This document shows, piece by piece, positions 29,605 to 39,075 of a stretch of DNA of 64,000 bases. Under the pieces are notes generated by a model. It was given only the letters and a program-made list of their open reading frames with translations, did not search any database and was not told the DNA's origin. Location: contig CAZNSX010000006.1 of assembly GCA_964575845.1 (NCBI GenBank), positions 5,378 through 69,377 on the forward strand, given 5' to 3'. Numbering within the stretch: the stretch's first letter is position 1; each line of letters starts with the position of its first letter. A program made the translations under genes and the position numbers. This DNA comes from an uncultured bacterium. GTDB lineage: Bacteria; UBA8248; CAZNSX01.

Positions 29605-30174
29605 ATGGCGAGAGTGAAATTGGTTGAACCGGAAGAGGCCGATCCTAAAGCGCGGGCTGTTTTCGAGGATATTGTTAAAACTCACACGCGGGGCAAGGTT
29701 AAGGGAAGGATCGGCAATCTCTACAAGGTCTACGCAAATGTTCCCGAACTCTTTGAAGTCGAGTGGTCCAGAATAAAAACCATGATGAAGGGTTTGGGGC
29801 TCCCCCCGAAATTGAAAGAGGCCATCTGTCTATCCGTTGCGGTTGTCAACATCTGCGACGTCTGAGTGCTCTACCACTCCAACGCCTTCCGTGCTGAAGG
29901 CGGCAGCGAGGAGGAGGTTCAGGCCATCATCGACCTGGATGAGGGCAAATTGAGCCAAAGGGACGCCAAAGTCTTCAAGCTCGTTCGAAAGGCGACCCGC
30001 AACCCTCATGAGGTCACCGATGAAGAGTGCGACGCCCTGAGGGCGAGCGGCTTCTCAGACGCCGAGATCGTCGAGATCGTCGCTGTGATGGCCCTGGCGA
30101 CGGGAGAGAATAAGTTCATGGACGCGCTGGATATCAAACCCGGCGCTTGGTACGCCAAGAAAACCGCTGGCTGA
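29605..30174 (+). CDS. CMD/AhpD-like selenoprotein (CxxU; UGA read-through at 29863-29865)
   Basis: Two abutting in-frame ORFs join as NICDV-TGA-VLYH, matching CxxCxxYH of the neighbours; joined product 189 aa; RBS ggaggg before ATG 29605. Confidence 0.85.
29866..29910 (+). promoter_or_regulatory. Putative bacterial SECIS element
   Basis: Hairpin CGCCTTC-cgtgct-GAAGGCG (29883-29902) begins 17 nt after the UGA. Confidence 0.55.
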
Positions 30175-30183
30175 AACTGTCAT

Positions 30184-30213
30184 AGGGGGGCCTCGGACGA
30201 GGGCCCCCTCCCT
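30184..30213. terminator. GC-rich hairpin between convergent operons (probable terminator)
   Basis: GGGGGCCTC-ggac-GAGGGCCCCC; no strong U-tract. Confidence 0.5.
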
Positions 30214-30291
30214 ATCCTTATGGCAGAGCGAGGGGGAGGGGAGGCGGCCATGAGGAACGTGGCCGCCTCCGAAATGCGCGGGTGCAAATCC

Positions 30292-30540
30292 TCAGGCCAA
30301 CGTCAGCGCGTGGGGAGCACAGTACTTGACGCAAAAAGGGGTTCCCTCATTACGGCAGAGGTCACACGAGGCGAGGAAGCGGTACTCGACCTCCCCGGTG
30401 GCATCATCTCTAAAAATTCTGATGCTGGATTTGGATGGGTCAAATACCTTAACGTGGTGGTATGAACAGGCTATCTCGCAACTCCTGCAGCCGTTGCAAA
30501 GGCTGAGTTCCATCTGTATCTGATAATCAGGTTTAGCCAC
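30292..30540 (-). CDS. Small 4Fe-4S protein (AOR-associated ferredoxin-like subunit)
   Basis: CNGCRSCEIAC and CDLC...CVKYC; GTG start at 30540 with gaggtgg RBS. Confidence 0.8.
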   Translation of the reverse strand: MAKPDYQIQMELSLCNGCRSCEIACSYHHVKVFDPSKSSIRIFRDDATGEVEYRFLASCDLCRNEGTPFCVKYCAPHALTLA

Positions 30541-30595
30541 CTTCCACCTCCCTCGGAATGAAGGACCCTTCGGGGCCCCTCTCGGGGTTTCCATT

Positions 30596-32527
30596 TCAGG
30601 CCAGCCTGCCGGCCGCCTGGAGCTTCTCCCTCACACGTGAGAGCCCCAGTTCCTCCAGAGTCTCAGCCTTCTGCCACCCCGTGGCCCTATCCCATCCTTG
30701 ATAGTCGTAGTATTCATCCAACATCTCATCCCACTTCGCCGCATCCAGCACAACACCCGCAAAGGGGCCGCTCTTGATGGGCTCTTTGTAGAACCGCTCC
30801 GAGAGATAGTCGTCCCTGCGGCCGAAGCCCGTGTGAAGGGTGTTGAAGGCCTTCTCGATGTTGTGAATCCGACGCCCGGCCCTCATGAGCTCCTCGCCGC
30901 TGAGCGGGACACCGGTTGCCTTGGAGAAAAGGGCCGCATATTCATCGGGTCCGAGCAGTCCCACGTTCTCCCAGTAGCTGGTGAAATAGCACACGCCAAG
31001 CGAGTCGACGGCGCATTTGTAAAACTCAAACCAGCCCGTCAGCTTGCCCTTACCCTCATATATCCTGAAATCGCCGGCCGTTGGCACGCCGAAGAGCTTC
31101 TCCCCGACCTCGGGTGATACTCGCTGGCCTTCCGTCGTGGTGGAGCCATTCAAGTGAGTCCCACCCCGGGTGCTGACCGCCACTCCCAGTCCCCAGGCCT
31201 TGAAGATTCGCATCCGGCTCTCGAGTGTTGGAAGGCCCTTCACCTGAGCGACATATTTCTCACTTCCCCGGCCGATGTAGCGGGAGGCGAGATGTGGGCC
31301 CTCCGCCAGGAGATCCCCAAAGCTCTCCCGCCGTGAGATCTTCTCAAGGAGCTTGATCACCGTAGCGCCATCCCCCCAGCGAAGGGACATTCCGTCGGCA
31401 TCTTCCTCGGTGATGAGCCCATCCTCATAGCACTGGAAGGCCCACCCGATGGAGGCCGCCGCCTGGTCAAGGTTCATGCCCATCTGGTTGCAAAAAGCGC
31501 TGGCCATGAGGACCACCTCGGGGTCGGTCACGCCCAGATTTGGCCCGAATAGGTTGACCGAGTTTGCCTCTAGGCCCTCCGCTTTGAGGCCCCCATACGG
31601 GCCCGATGGGATGGAATAGTAATGGCTGCAGTAGATGGGGCAGTTGAAACAGGCCATTCGCCTGACCTCGTATTTATCCCTGAAGACCGCCTCACTCAGC
31701 TTGAAGTTGACTTCCGGGTCCTGATATTCGTCCTGATAGTAACGGACCACAACGGGCTTGGTACCATCGGTTCCACCGACACCATATTGTCCCTGAGTAC
31801 CGCGGACCCTCAGCCCCTCTACGGATGGGTTGCTTTCGATTTTGGCCCAGGCCTGGTCCACGAGTTCCATGAAGCCCTGGGGGTCGGCCACGGCTATGGG
31901 CCGGGTTCCCCGGACGGCGAACGCCTTGAGGTTCTTCGACCCCATGACCGCCCCGCACCCGCCGTAGGCTGCCGCCCGGGCCCTATCCACAATGATGCAG
32001 GCGAATTTAACGAGGTTCTCGCCCGCAGGGCCGATGGCCGCCACTCGTACATCTCTATCTCCCAACTCTTCCTTGATGGCCGCATCGGTGTCCCAGATGG
32101 TCCTCCCCCATAAATGGCCAGCATCTCTTATCTCGGCCTTGCCATCCAGGATGGCGAGGTAGACGGGCCTTTCGGCTTTTCCTTCAACCACCACAAGGTC
32201 GAAGCCCGCGAACTTAAGCTCTGGCCCGAAGTGCCCGCCCGCGAACGACGTCGCCATCCCTCCGGTTTGAACGTTCTTGTTCCCGACGATGAAGCTCGTG
32301 GAGCAGGGGGCCATAGTCCCCGTCAGTGGGCCCGCAGCAATTATGAGTTTGTTTTCCGGGTCAAGCGGCTGGGTCTTGGCCTCGACCTCGTTTAAGAGAA
32401 TCGACTGGCAGATTCCCCTTCCACCGAGAAATTCAAGGTATGGCTCGGTGGATTCTGTCGAAATCTTCCCCGTGGAGAGGTTAACCCTCAAATATTTGCC
32501 CGCCCATCCAAAGATATTTTTGCTCAT
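30596..32527 (-). CDS. Aldehyde ferredoxin oxidoreductase (tungstopterin AOR/WOR family)
   Basis: GGRG, GPELKFAGFD, IGPAGEN, GAVMGSKNLKA, CFNCPIYC, TRGGTH, DSLGVC. Confidence 0.93.
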   Translation of the reverse strand: MSKNIFGWAGKYLRVNLSTGKISTESTEPYLEFLGGRGICQSILLNEVEAKTQPLDPENKLIIAAGPLTGTMAPCSTSFIVGNKNVQTGGMATSFAGGHFGPELKFAGFDLVVVEGKAERPVYLAILDGKAEIRDAGHLWGRTIWDTDAAIKEELGDRDVRVAAIGPAGENLVKFACIIVDRARAAAYGGCGAVMGSKNLKAFAVRGTRPIAVADPQGFMELVDQAWAKIESNPSVEGLRVRGTQGQYGVGGTDGTKPVVVRYYQDEYQDPEVNFKLSEAVFRDKYEVRRMACFNCPIYCSHYYSIPSGPYGGLKAEGLEANSVNLFGPNLGVTDPEVVLMASAFCNQMGMNLDQAAASIGWAFQCYEDGLITEEDADGMSLRWGDGATVIKLLEKISRRESFGDLLAEGPHLASRYIGRGSEKYVAQVKGLPTLESRMRIFKAWGLGVAVSTRGGTHLNGSTTTEGQRVSPEVGEKLFGVPTAGDFRIYEGKGKLTGWFEFYKCAVDSLGVCYFTSYWENVGLLGPDEYAALFSKATGVPLSGEELMRAGRRIHNIEKAFNTLHTGFGRRDDYLSERFYKEPIKSGPFAGVVLDAAKWDEMLDEYYDYQGWDRATGWQKAETLEELGLSRVREKLQAAGRLA

Positions 32528-32540
32528 CCGTTCGCCCCTC

Positions 32541-33287
32541 TCAAAATGATGAAGTCCTTTTTCTCACCGCGGAGGGAAGCTTACTCACGTTGCCTGTGCA
32601 GCCACCCTCCCGCTCGGTGGCGCAGATGGCCCCGGCTTCTGGAATCCGACCGCTCAGCCACAGGATACTCAAAAGCAAGATGCCCAGTCCGATGAGGCCG
32701 ATGAGAGCGGAATTCTCCGCCAGCAAGAGAGCCACACCCCCGCTCAGACCGATGGAACTCAGAAAGATAGACACCGATGAGGCGCCGCAGCACGAACCCA
32801 TGGTCACCGCCGAGCCCATGATACCGCTCAGCGATGATCCCGCTACACCCGCCACACCCGCTACCCCTCCCCCTTTAGTTGGTGAGTGTCTGCGGTGTCT
32901 TATGAAACTGACGAGGAGGAGGAAATAAACGCTCAGCAGGACCGAGATTGGGATCAGATTCAGCACCGTAAGAACAGTGACCTGAAACAGCCAATTGATG
33001 ATGACATACTCGCGCTGGACAAGGCCAAACTCGAAGATCGGCTGGTTTATGAGCATGAAGGCGAAGTCATGCCATGAAACGCTGGCCCTGAAGAGAAGGT
33101 AGAAGGTATCTTGGTACCCTCTCAGTACGCTGTGCGCGCGAAAATAATTGGGTAGCATGCCCCACTGGAGTACCATCACCATGCAGATGAAGGCGAAGTA
33201 CCCCGCCAAAATCAACACGGCTATCAAACCGATCTTCACCTTCCTGTGACCCATGAACCGCCGCAGGACCCTAACATTGCCTAACAC
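32541..33287 (-). CDS. Uncharacterised membrane protein with a vicinal Cys-Cys motif
   Basis: About 4 hydrophobic segments, GSCCGASS; 13 nt from the AOR start; start codon uncertain. Confidence 0.6.
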   Translation of the reverse strand: MLGNVRVLRRFMGHRKVKIGLIAVLILAGYFAFICMVMVLQWGMLPNYFRAHSVLRGYQDTFYLLFRASVSWHDFAFMLINQPIFEFGLVQREYVIINWLFQVTVLTVLNLIPISVLLSVYFLLLVSFIRHRRHSPTKGGGVAGVAGVAGSSLSGIMGSAVTMGSCCGASSVSIFLSSIGLSGGVALLLAENSALIGLIGLGILLLSILWLSGRIPEAGAICATEREGGCTGNVSKLPSAVRKRTSSF

Positions 33288-33411
33288 TTTATCTGCAAGC
33301 CTCGGGAAAGGTCATCGCATGACCAAACAGAAAGAGGATTAATAGGTGGGGGCTAGCTAATAGCTTCTTCGCTTGACCTGTGGCATCGGGATAGGTTGGG
33401 CTCCCCGAGTC

Positions 33412-34116
33412 TCACCCTCCCAGGTATGCGCGCTTCACCAACGGCTCATCCATCAAGGCCTTCGCCTCCCCCTGGAGCACGAGCCTGCCCAGTTCCAAGA
33501 CGCCGCCCTTCTCGGCCACGGTGAGAGCCTTATATGCGTTCTGTTCCGCCAGGAGGATGGTCACCCCCTGCTCGCGCAGCAACTCTATGACCCTGAAGAT
33601 CTCGGTCACAATTATCGGCATCAGTCCCATGGAGGGCTCGTCCATGAGTAAAACTTTGGGCCGCGCCATGAGGCTGCGTCCGATGGCCAGCATCTGTCCT
33701 TCCCCGCCGCTCAAAGTCTTTCCGCGCTGGTTCTGACGCTCCTCGAGGCGGGGGAAAACCTCAAATACCCTTGTAAGGTCTTCGGCGATCCCGTCCCTGT
33801 CACTCCTGGGAAATGCCCCGACAAGAAGGTTCTCTTTCACCGTGAAATCGGGAAACAAGCCTCTGCCTTCGGGCACCATGCTCATACCCCGTCTGGCCCT
33901 TATGAAGGTGGACTCGTTGGAGATATCCTCGCCCATAAAGCGAATTCTTCCCCCGGAGATCTTCTTGAGCCCGATGATGGCTCGCATCAAAGTCGTCTTC
34001 CCCGCACCGTTGGCGCCGATGATGGTATAGACCTCACCTTCCTCCAGTTTCAGGGATACATCCCGGAGGGCCTGGATGCGTCCGTAGAAAACGTCTACCG
34101 CTTCTATTTCAAGCAT
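33412..34116 (-). CDS. livF: Branched-chain amino acid-type ABC transporter ATPase
   Basis: GANGAGKT, VPEGR, LSGGEGQMLAIGR, DEPS, EQN. Confidence 0.9.
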   Translation of the reverse strand: MLEIEAVDVFYGRIQALRDVSLKLEEGEVYTIIGANGAGKTTLMRAIIGLKKISGGRIRFMGEDISNESTFIRARRGMSMVPEGRGLFPDFTVKENLLVGAFPRSDRDGIAEDLTRVFEVFPRLEERQNQRGKTLSGGEGQMLAIGRSLMARPKVLLMDEPSMGLMPIIVTEIFRVIELLREQGVTILLAEQNAYKALTVAEKGGVLELGRLVLQGEAKALMDEPLVKRAYLGG

Positions 34117-34864
34117 GGGTCTCTCTCTTGCCCAGATAAGCTTCGATCACCGTCGGATTGGTGACGATCTCCTCGGGTGTCCCTTCGGCGATCTTCTCGC
34201 CATAGCTCAGAACGATGATACGGTCGCAAAGCCGCCGCGTTACCTCCACGTTGTGCTCGATAAGCATGATCGTCTTACCATCATCTCTGAACCGATGGAC
34301 CAGCTCCACGATGGCCTCGATCTCTCTGTAGCTCAGACCGGCGAAGGTTTCATCCAGCAGGAGCAGCGTGGGATCCAGCGCCAGGGCCCTGGCGAGCTCC
34401 AGCCGCCGCTGCAGCCCAAGCGGCAGGTTTTTGGCCAGCTCCGTTTCGTATCGCTCCAGGCCTACCCGCCGGAGAAGCTCGCGCGCATCCCCGACCGGCG
34501 ACTCATCGAGAAAGTATTTGAGGGAGAGGAAATAATCATTGTAAAACCGCGAACCGTAGGCCGCCAATACATTCTTGATGACGCTAAAATTGGGAAAGGG
34601 CCGGACGACCTGGAACGTACGGCCGATACCCGCCCGGCCGATCTGGTGGTCTTTCAGATTATGGATCGGTTTCCCATTAAAGAAGACTTCCCCGCTATCG
34701 GACCGCAGTATCCCAGATATCAGGTTGAACAGCGTGGTCTTGCCAGCGCCGTTGGGCCCGATGATGCCGAGGATCTCAGCCTCCTCCACACTGAAGCTGA
34801 GATGGCTCACCGCCACCAGGCCTCCGAAACTCTTGGTCAGATTATTGGCCTCTAAAATACCCAC
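34109..34864 (-). CDS. livG: Branched-chain amino acid-type ABC transporter ATPase
   Basis: FGGLVAV, GPNGAGKTT, RTFQ, LELARAL, IEH, AYLG. Confidence 0.9.
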   Translation of the reverse strand: MGILEANNLTKSFGGLVAVSHLSFSVEEAEILGIIGPNGAGKTTLFNLISGILRSDSGEVFFNGKPIHNLKDHQIGRAGIGRTFQVVRPFPNFSVIKNVLAAYGSRFYNDYFLSLKYFLDESPVGDARELLRRVGLERYETELAKNLPLGLQRRLELARALALDPTLLLLDETFAGLSYREIEAIVELVHRFRDDGKTIMLIEHNVEVTRRLCDRIIVLSYGEKIAEGTPEEIVTNPTVIEAYLGKRETHA

Positions 34865-35799
34865 TATCGCTGTTGTTCCACAGGCGCAGCCACGACCTCG
34901 CCGCTGGGAAGATCCTTCCTAAAACCCCTCAGCCGCCGCCAGATAATGCTGTTGTCGCCCAGCAGTCCATCCGGCATGACAAGCATCATGAAGACCAAGA
35001 GCCCGCCGTAGAGGAGGAATCGGTAGTCTGAGATGAAGCGGAACACCTCTGGCATGGCCGCCAGAAGCGAAGCGCCGACAACGGGACCGCGGATTGTACC
35101 TATGCCGCCGAAGACGACCATCACCAGTATGAAGACAGAAGGAATGAAAGCGAAATCAAGAGGGCTTATGAAGGTGGTGAAGTGAGCGTACAGCGCCCCT
35201 CCCAGCCCGCCGTAGGCGCCGCCTATTATGAAAGCCAATATCTTGAACTTGACGGCATTGATGGTCATCACCCTGGCGGCCAACTCATCCTCTCTCAGGC
35301 TTTCCCAGGCAAGGCCGATCCAGGAGGAGACCAGTTTCTTGTTCACTATGATGGCGAGGATCAGGAATCCGAGCACCAGGAGGCAAATGGCCCTGTAGCC
35401 AAATTCATACCCCAGAAGGCTGGGGTAGGGGATCGGTCCAATGCCCTCAGGGCCCCCGAACCAGGGCAAATAAGTAAGGAGAGATTCAAATATGAACACC
35501 ATCCCGATAGTAACGATTGCCAGAAAGTCTTCCCCGACCCTGAGGGCCGGCAGGCTCATGATGAGCCCGAAAAGGGCGCCCGTAAGGATCGCCAAGGGCA
35601 GAGCCGCCCAGAAGGAGAAGCCAGCGTAAACAGTGAGCATCGCGGTGGCGTAAGCCCCGCCTCCCACCACTACGGTGAAGCCGAGGTTGATCTGCCCCGC
35701 ATAGCCCATGATGATGTTAAGGCCCAAAGCGTTGATGCTCGCGATGCATGCGAAGATCGGAATCGTGAGAAGATAAGGGTTTAGCAGAAACCCTAGCAT
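34864..35799 (-). CDS. livM: LIV-type ABC transporter permease
   Basis: GYAGQINLG, FLAIVTIG, REDELAA, GGIGT. Confidence 0.88.
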   Translation of the reverse strand: MLGFLLNPYLLTIPIFACIASINALGLNIIMGYAGQINLGFTVVVGGGAYATAMLTVYAGFSFWAALPLAILTGALFGLIMSLPALRVGEDFLAIVTIGMVFIFESLLTYLPWFGGPEGIGPIPYPSLLGYEFGYRAICLLVLGFLILAIIVNKKLVSSWIGLAWESLREDELAARVMTINAVKFKILAFIIGGAYGGLGGALYAHFTTFISPLDFAFIPSVFILVMVVFGGIGTIRGPVVGASLLAAMPEVFRFISDYRFLLYGGLLVFMMLVMPDGLLGDNSIIWRRLRGFRKDLPSGEVVAAPVEQQR

Positions 35800-35807
35800 C
35801 GTCTCCC

Positions 35808-36665
35808 CTACTTCTTCCCGAGGAGACCCTGAGGCCTGAACAGGATGAGGATAATCATTAAAAGCATGGCCGTGGCCTCGCGTGACATGGGAAGATTTGT
35901 GTACGCGCTTATCAAGGCCTCGGAAATGCCAAGGAAAAGGCCCCCCAGGATGGTCCCCAACACGCTTCCGAACCCGCCGATAACGATCACGGCCAGGGCC
36001 TTATATGCCGGCACATCGCCCATGAAGGGCAGGAGGATATTGTAATGTATTCCCACCAGCACGCCGGCCGAGCCGGCCAAAGCCGAGCCGATGAGGAAGA
36101 CAACCCGGTTGGCCTTATTCACGTCGATTCCCATCACAGCCGAGATGTCGAGGTTTTGTGAGACCGCGCGGATGGACATCCCGGTCTTGGTCCTGAACAT
36201 GATGACCCAGAGCAGAAGAAGGACAACACAGGTAAACGCCAGGATGAAGATGGCGGGGCCTTCTAGATTCAGGTATGGGGTATGAATGCCCCTGCCCATG
36301 CTGACAGGATAAGACTCCGCCAGGGGAGTCACGATGATCCTCACTGAGTCTTCCATTGCGATCAAAAGCCCGATGCTGGCGATCAGGGGCACGATTCTCG
36401 ACTGGCCTGTCATAGGACGGTAGACGAACTTCTCGATTATGATGCCGACCAGGCCGCAGAAGGCCATGGCCGCGACCATAGAGAGGGGGAAATTCCCCGT
36501 TTGTTTGTACACGGTCATGCCGAAATATGCGCCAAACACGTATACCGCAGCATGAGCAATGTGGAGTACGCGCAATGCCCCATAGATCATGGTGAGCCCG
36601 ATGGCAATCAGCGCGTACTCAGAGCCTATGACCAGGCCGTTCACGACCTCTTGGAATAAGAGCAT
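35808..36665 (-). CDS. livH: LIV-type ABC transporter permease
   Basis: NGLVIGSEYALIAIGLTMIYG, HIAH, IGGFGS, RPQGLLG. Confidence 0.9.
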   Translation of the reverse strand: MLLFQEVVNGLVIGSEYALIAIGLTMIYGALRVLHIAHAAVYVFGAYFGMTVYKQTGNFPLSMVAAMAFCGLVGIIIEKFVYRPMTGQSRIVPLIASIGLLIAMEDSVRIIVTPLAESYPVSMGRGIHTPYLNLEGPAIFILAFTCVVLLLLWVIMFRTKTGMSIRAVSQNLDISAVMGIDVNKANRVVFLIGSALAGSAGVLVGIHYNILLPFMGDVPAYKALAVIVIGGFGSVLGTILGGLFLGISEALISAYTNLPMSREATAMLLMIILILFRPQGLLGKK

Positions 36666-36719
36666 TCCTTTGCCGACCTGACGCGAGAAGATATTATAAT
36701 TAAAAGGGATGTGATTATG

Positions 36720-36753
36720 GCGGATGTGAGCTGTGATGACAGCTCACATCCGC
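36720..36753. repeat. Perfect 15-bp inverted repeat after the binding-protein gene (mRNA-stabilising or attenuating hairpin)
   Basis: GCGGATGTGAGCTGT-gatg-ACAGCTCACATCCGC. Confidence 0.7.
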
Positions 36754-36778
36754 TCATTATGGGACGCCCTGGCGTGAA

Positions 36779-37972
36779 CTAGTAATACTTGTACCAGGGC
36801 GCTGGGTCCAGAATCTCAGGGTCACCTACCTCCCCGATGATTCGGTATATTGTGTTATCTGGGTCATACTCGGCCACAAACAACGGCCTGATCACTTCGT
36901 GGATGGGGCTGTACTTTGCCGGTAGGCCGGCCACACTGATGTGCTCCGTGATGGAGGCGAGCCCCTTGTAGATCCCCTCACGGGAGCCCCCGCCCCGTTG
37001 GGCGCCCTCCAAGAGGAGGAGCAAGGAATCATAGGTCAGTCCCGCCTCGTGGCCTATGATGTCGGTGTCATAGGCCTTCTTCCACTTCTCTATGAGCTCC
37101 AGCATCTGGGGTGTCCGGCCGCTCCTCGAAAATGGGACCAGGCCGATGTGCCCCCTACCAGCCTCTCCCACGCTCTTGAAGATCACTTGCTCGATAGCCA
37201 CACACATGGAGAAGGACTTGGTCTTGGGGAAAATTCCCAGGTCTGCCCCCTGCCTCCTGAGGCCTGTTATCTGTATTCCGAAGCCGTTCAAGTAAATGGC
37301 CTCGGGGTTCAGGGCCTTGATAGCGGTCAGATAGGGTTTAAAATCCTGCTCGCGGAACTGGATGATCTTGTCATAGACGAGCTCCCCGCCCCACTTCTTG
37401 AGCCCCTCCTTGAAGCCCCGCAGGCCGCCAAGGGGAAACTCATTATCGACCGTGAGGACGGCCCAGCGCTTGAGGCCCATCACCCTGGAGCCCTCATAGG
37501 CAATGGCATAGCCCATCACATCGGCCAGGTTGGCCCACCGAAAAATGTACTTGGTGCCCTTGACGACCTTCACCGAACCGGCATATGCGGCGATCATGGG
37601 GACTTTCTCTCGGTCGAAGACCCTGGCCGCGGCAATGCAGGGGCCACTATAGGATGAGCAGATAGCGGCATCCACCTTATCGAGCCTGGAAAGGCGGTTC
37701 GCAATCGCCACGGCCTCTCTGTTGTCGAGGCGGTCGTCGTAGAGGTATAGCTCTATAGGTCTGCCGTTTATCCCTCCCTTCGCGTTCACCTCCTTTGCTA
37801 AGAGCTGGGCTGCCAGCTTTGAGTCGGTGCCCGCGTGGGCGACGGGACCGCTCATGGGCCCAAAGACCCCTATCTTGATGGGCTCAGCTGCACTAGCACT
37901 CCCATTCGCAACCAGCATCAGGGCGAGCGTCAGTGCGAAGATGATGAGACTCATTTTCTTTAGTGAACTCAT
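36779..37972 (-). CDS. LivJ/LivK-type ABC substrate-binding protein
   Basis: Signal peptide, IKIGVFGPMSG, NAKGGINGR, YD motif; heads the livHMGF-like cluster. Confidence 0.88.
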   Translation of the reverse strand: MSSLKKMSLIIFALTLALMLVANGSASAAEPIKIGVFGPMSGPVAHAGTDSKLAAQLLAKEVNAKGGINGRPIELYLYDDRLDNREAVAIANRLSRLDKVDAAICSSYSGPCIAAARVFDREKVPMIAAYAGSVKVVKGTKYIFRWANLADVMGYAIAYEGSRVMGLKRWAVLTVDNEFPLGGLRGFKEGLKKWGGELVYDKIIQFREQDFKPYLTAIKALNPEAIYLNGFGIQITGLRRQGADLGIFPKTKSFSMCVAIEQVIFKSVGEAGRGHIGLVPFSRSGRTPQMLELIEKWKKAYDTDIIGHEAGLTYDSLLLLLEGAQRGGGSREGIYKGLASITEHISVAGLPAKYSPIHEVIRPLFVAEYDPDNTIYRIIGEVGDPEILDPAPWYKYY

Positions 37973-38520
37973 TCTCTTCCTCCCCCTCTATGCATGAGAA
38001 ATGATTGGGGGGCTCCCCTTTCCGACTCTGAGCCCGCGCGATTTAATATGCCACGCTCGACTATAGCACAACTCATCCCTTAGCCGAAACCCCACTGACG
38101 ATACTTCATCTATCACCTCCCGTAACTGGCGACCTGATTTTCGACCCTGGCGCCAAACCATTTGGCCTTCTCACTCTTAGTACTACCCCTGAGAGGAACC
38201 CGTCAACGAGAGGTATCACAGATATGGGATCGTGATATTTTGCCTCCGAGACCCTCAAAAATCACGAACGTTCTTACTCGATACACTGGCTAACGCCGGA
38301 AAAGAGAGGAAAAATCAGCTATACTTTACCAGCACCCCAGCACTTGTCAAGTCGAAATCTCTTCTAATAAAGTTAAAAGGCACTTTCCCCAGAAGATCAT
38401 GCTGACTCAAGCCAAATTGATTTCGAGCAATATAGGCCAATTTTTTCATGCCAAATCCAGTATCAGACCAAGACCTGGTGAGTTCTTGTTCCGCCGCCTT
38501 GATCCTCCAAAATCTCGGAG

Positions 38521-38937
38521 TCACTTCTCTTGGATGTAGGCGATAACCTGGATTTCTATCAGGGCTTCGGGCCCCGGAAGCAGACCCTTGACGTTCACCG
38601 TAGCCCGCGGCGGAGGAACCTTGAAGAAAGTCCTGAAGACCTTGTTATAAGAATAGAAGTCTTTGAGGTCCACCAGGTATATCGTCGCATAGACCACGTC
38701 ATCCAGGGTCGCCCCCGCCCCTTGGAGGATAGCCTTTATATTGTTTAGCACCTGGGCTGTCTGGGCCTCGATGGGTGATTCGGGGAATTCCGGCCAGACG
38801 ATTTTGCCCGTCTTGGGGTCATCGCCAAGCTGACCGGCTACGAACACGAAATTGCCGACCTTGAAGGCCTGCGAATAAGCCGCCATCGGCGGGGGCGCTC
38901 CAGCAGCCTTGACTACCTCTCGCACGAGTTTTTCCAT
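38521..38937 (-). CDS. RidA/YjgF/UK114 family imine deaminase
   Basis: YSQA, FVAGQ, PPRATV (catalytic Arg), IEIQVIA. Confidence 0.9.
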   Translation of the reverse strand: MEKLVREVVKAAGAPPPMAAYSQAFKVGNFVFVAGQLGDDPKTGKIVWPEFPESPIEAQTAQVLNNIKAILQGAGATLDDVVYATIYLVDLKDFYSYNKVFRTFFKVPPPRATVNVKGLLPGPEALIEIQVIAYIQEK

Positions 38938-39075
38938 CAGACATCTCCTCTAGAAATGAATCGTACAGAAAAGATGATATTTCTATCTTTTTGTCTTGAA
39001 TAGGGGATTCACCCCACGACCGGATGAGTGGAACGACCGGGAAACTCCATCACAATCCAGTTGTTCCCTCCTGCT

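Noticed and set aside
29572-30174. Two separate small ORFs or a pseudogene
   Set aside because: The single in-frame TGA aligns with a conserved Cys and has a SECIS-like hairpin; better explained as one selenoprotein
38036-38053. sigma54 promoter for the LIV operon (TGGCATATTAAATCGC)
   Set aside because: GG-GC spacing is 11 nt rather than the required 10
38315-38524. 69-aa ORF downstream of the RidA-family gene
   Set aside because: No motif and atypical composition; cannot be supported as a gene
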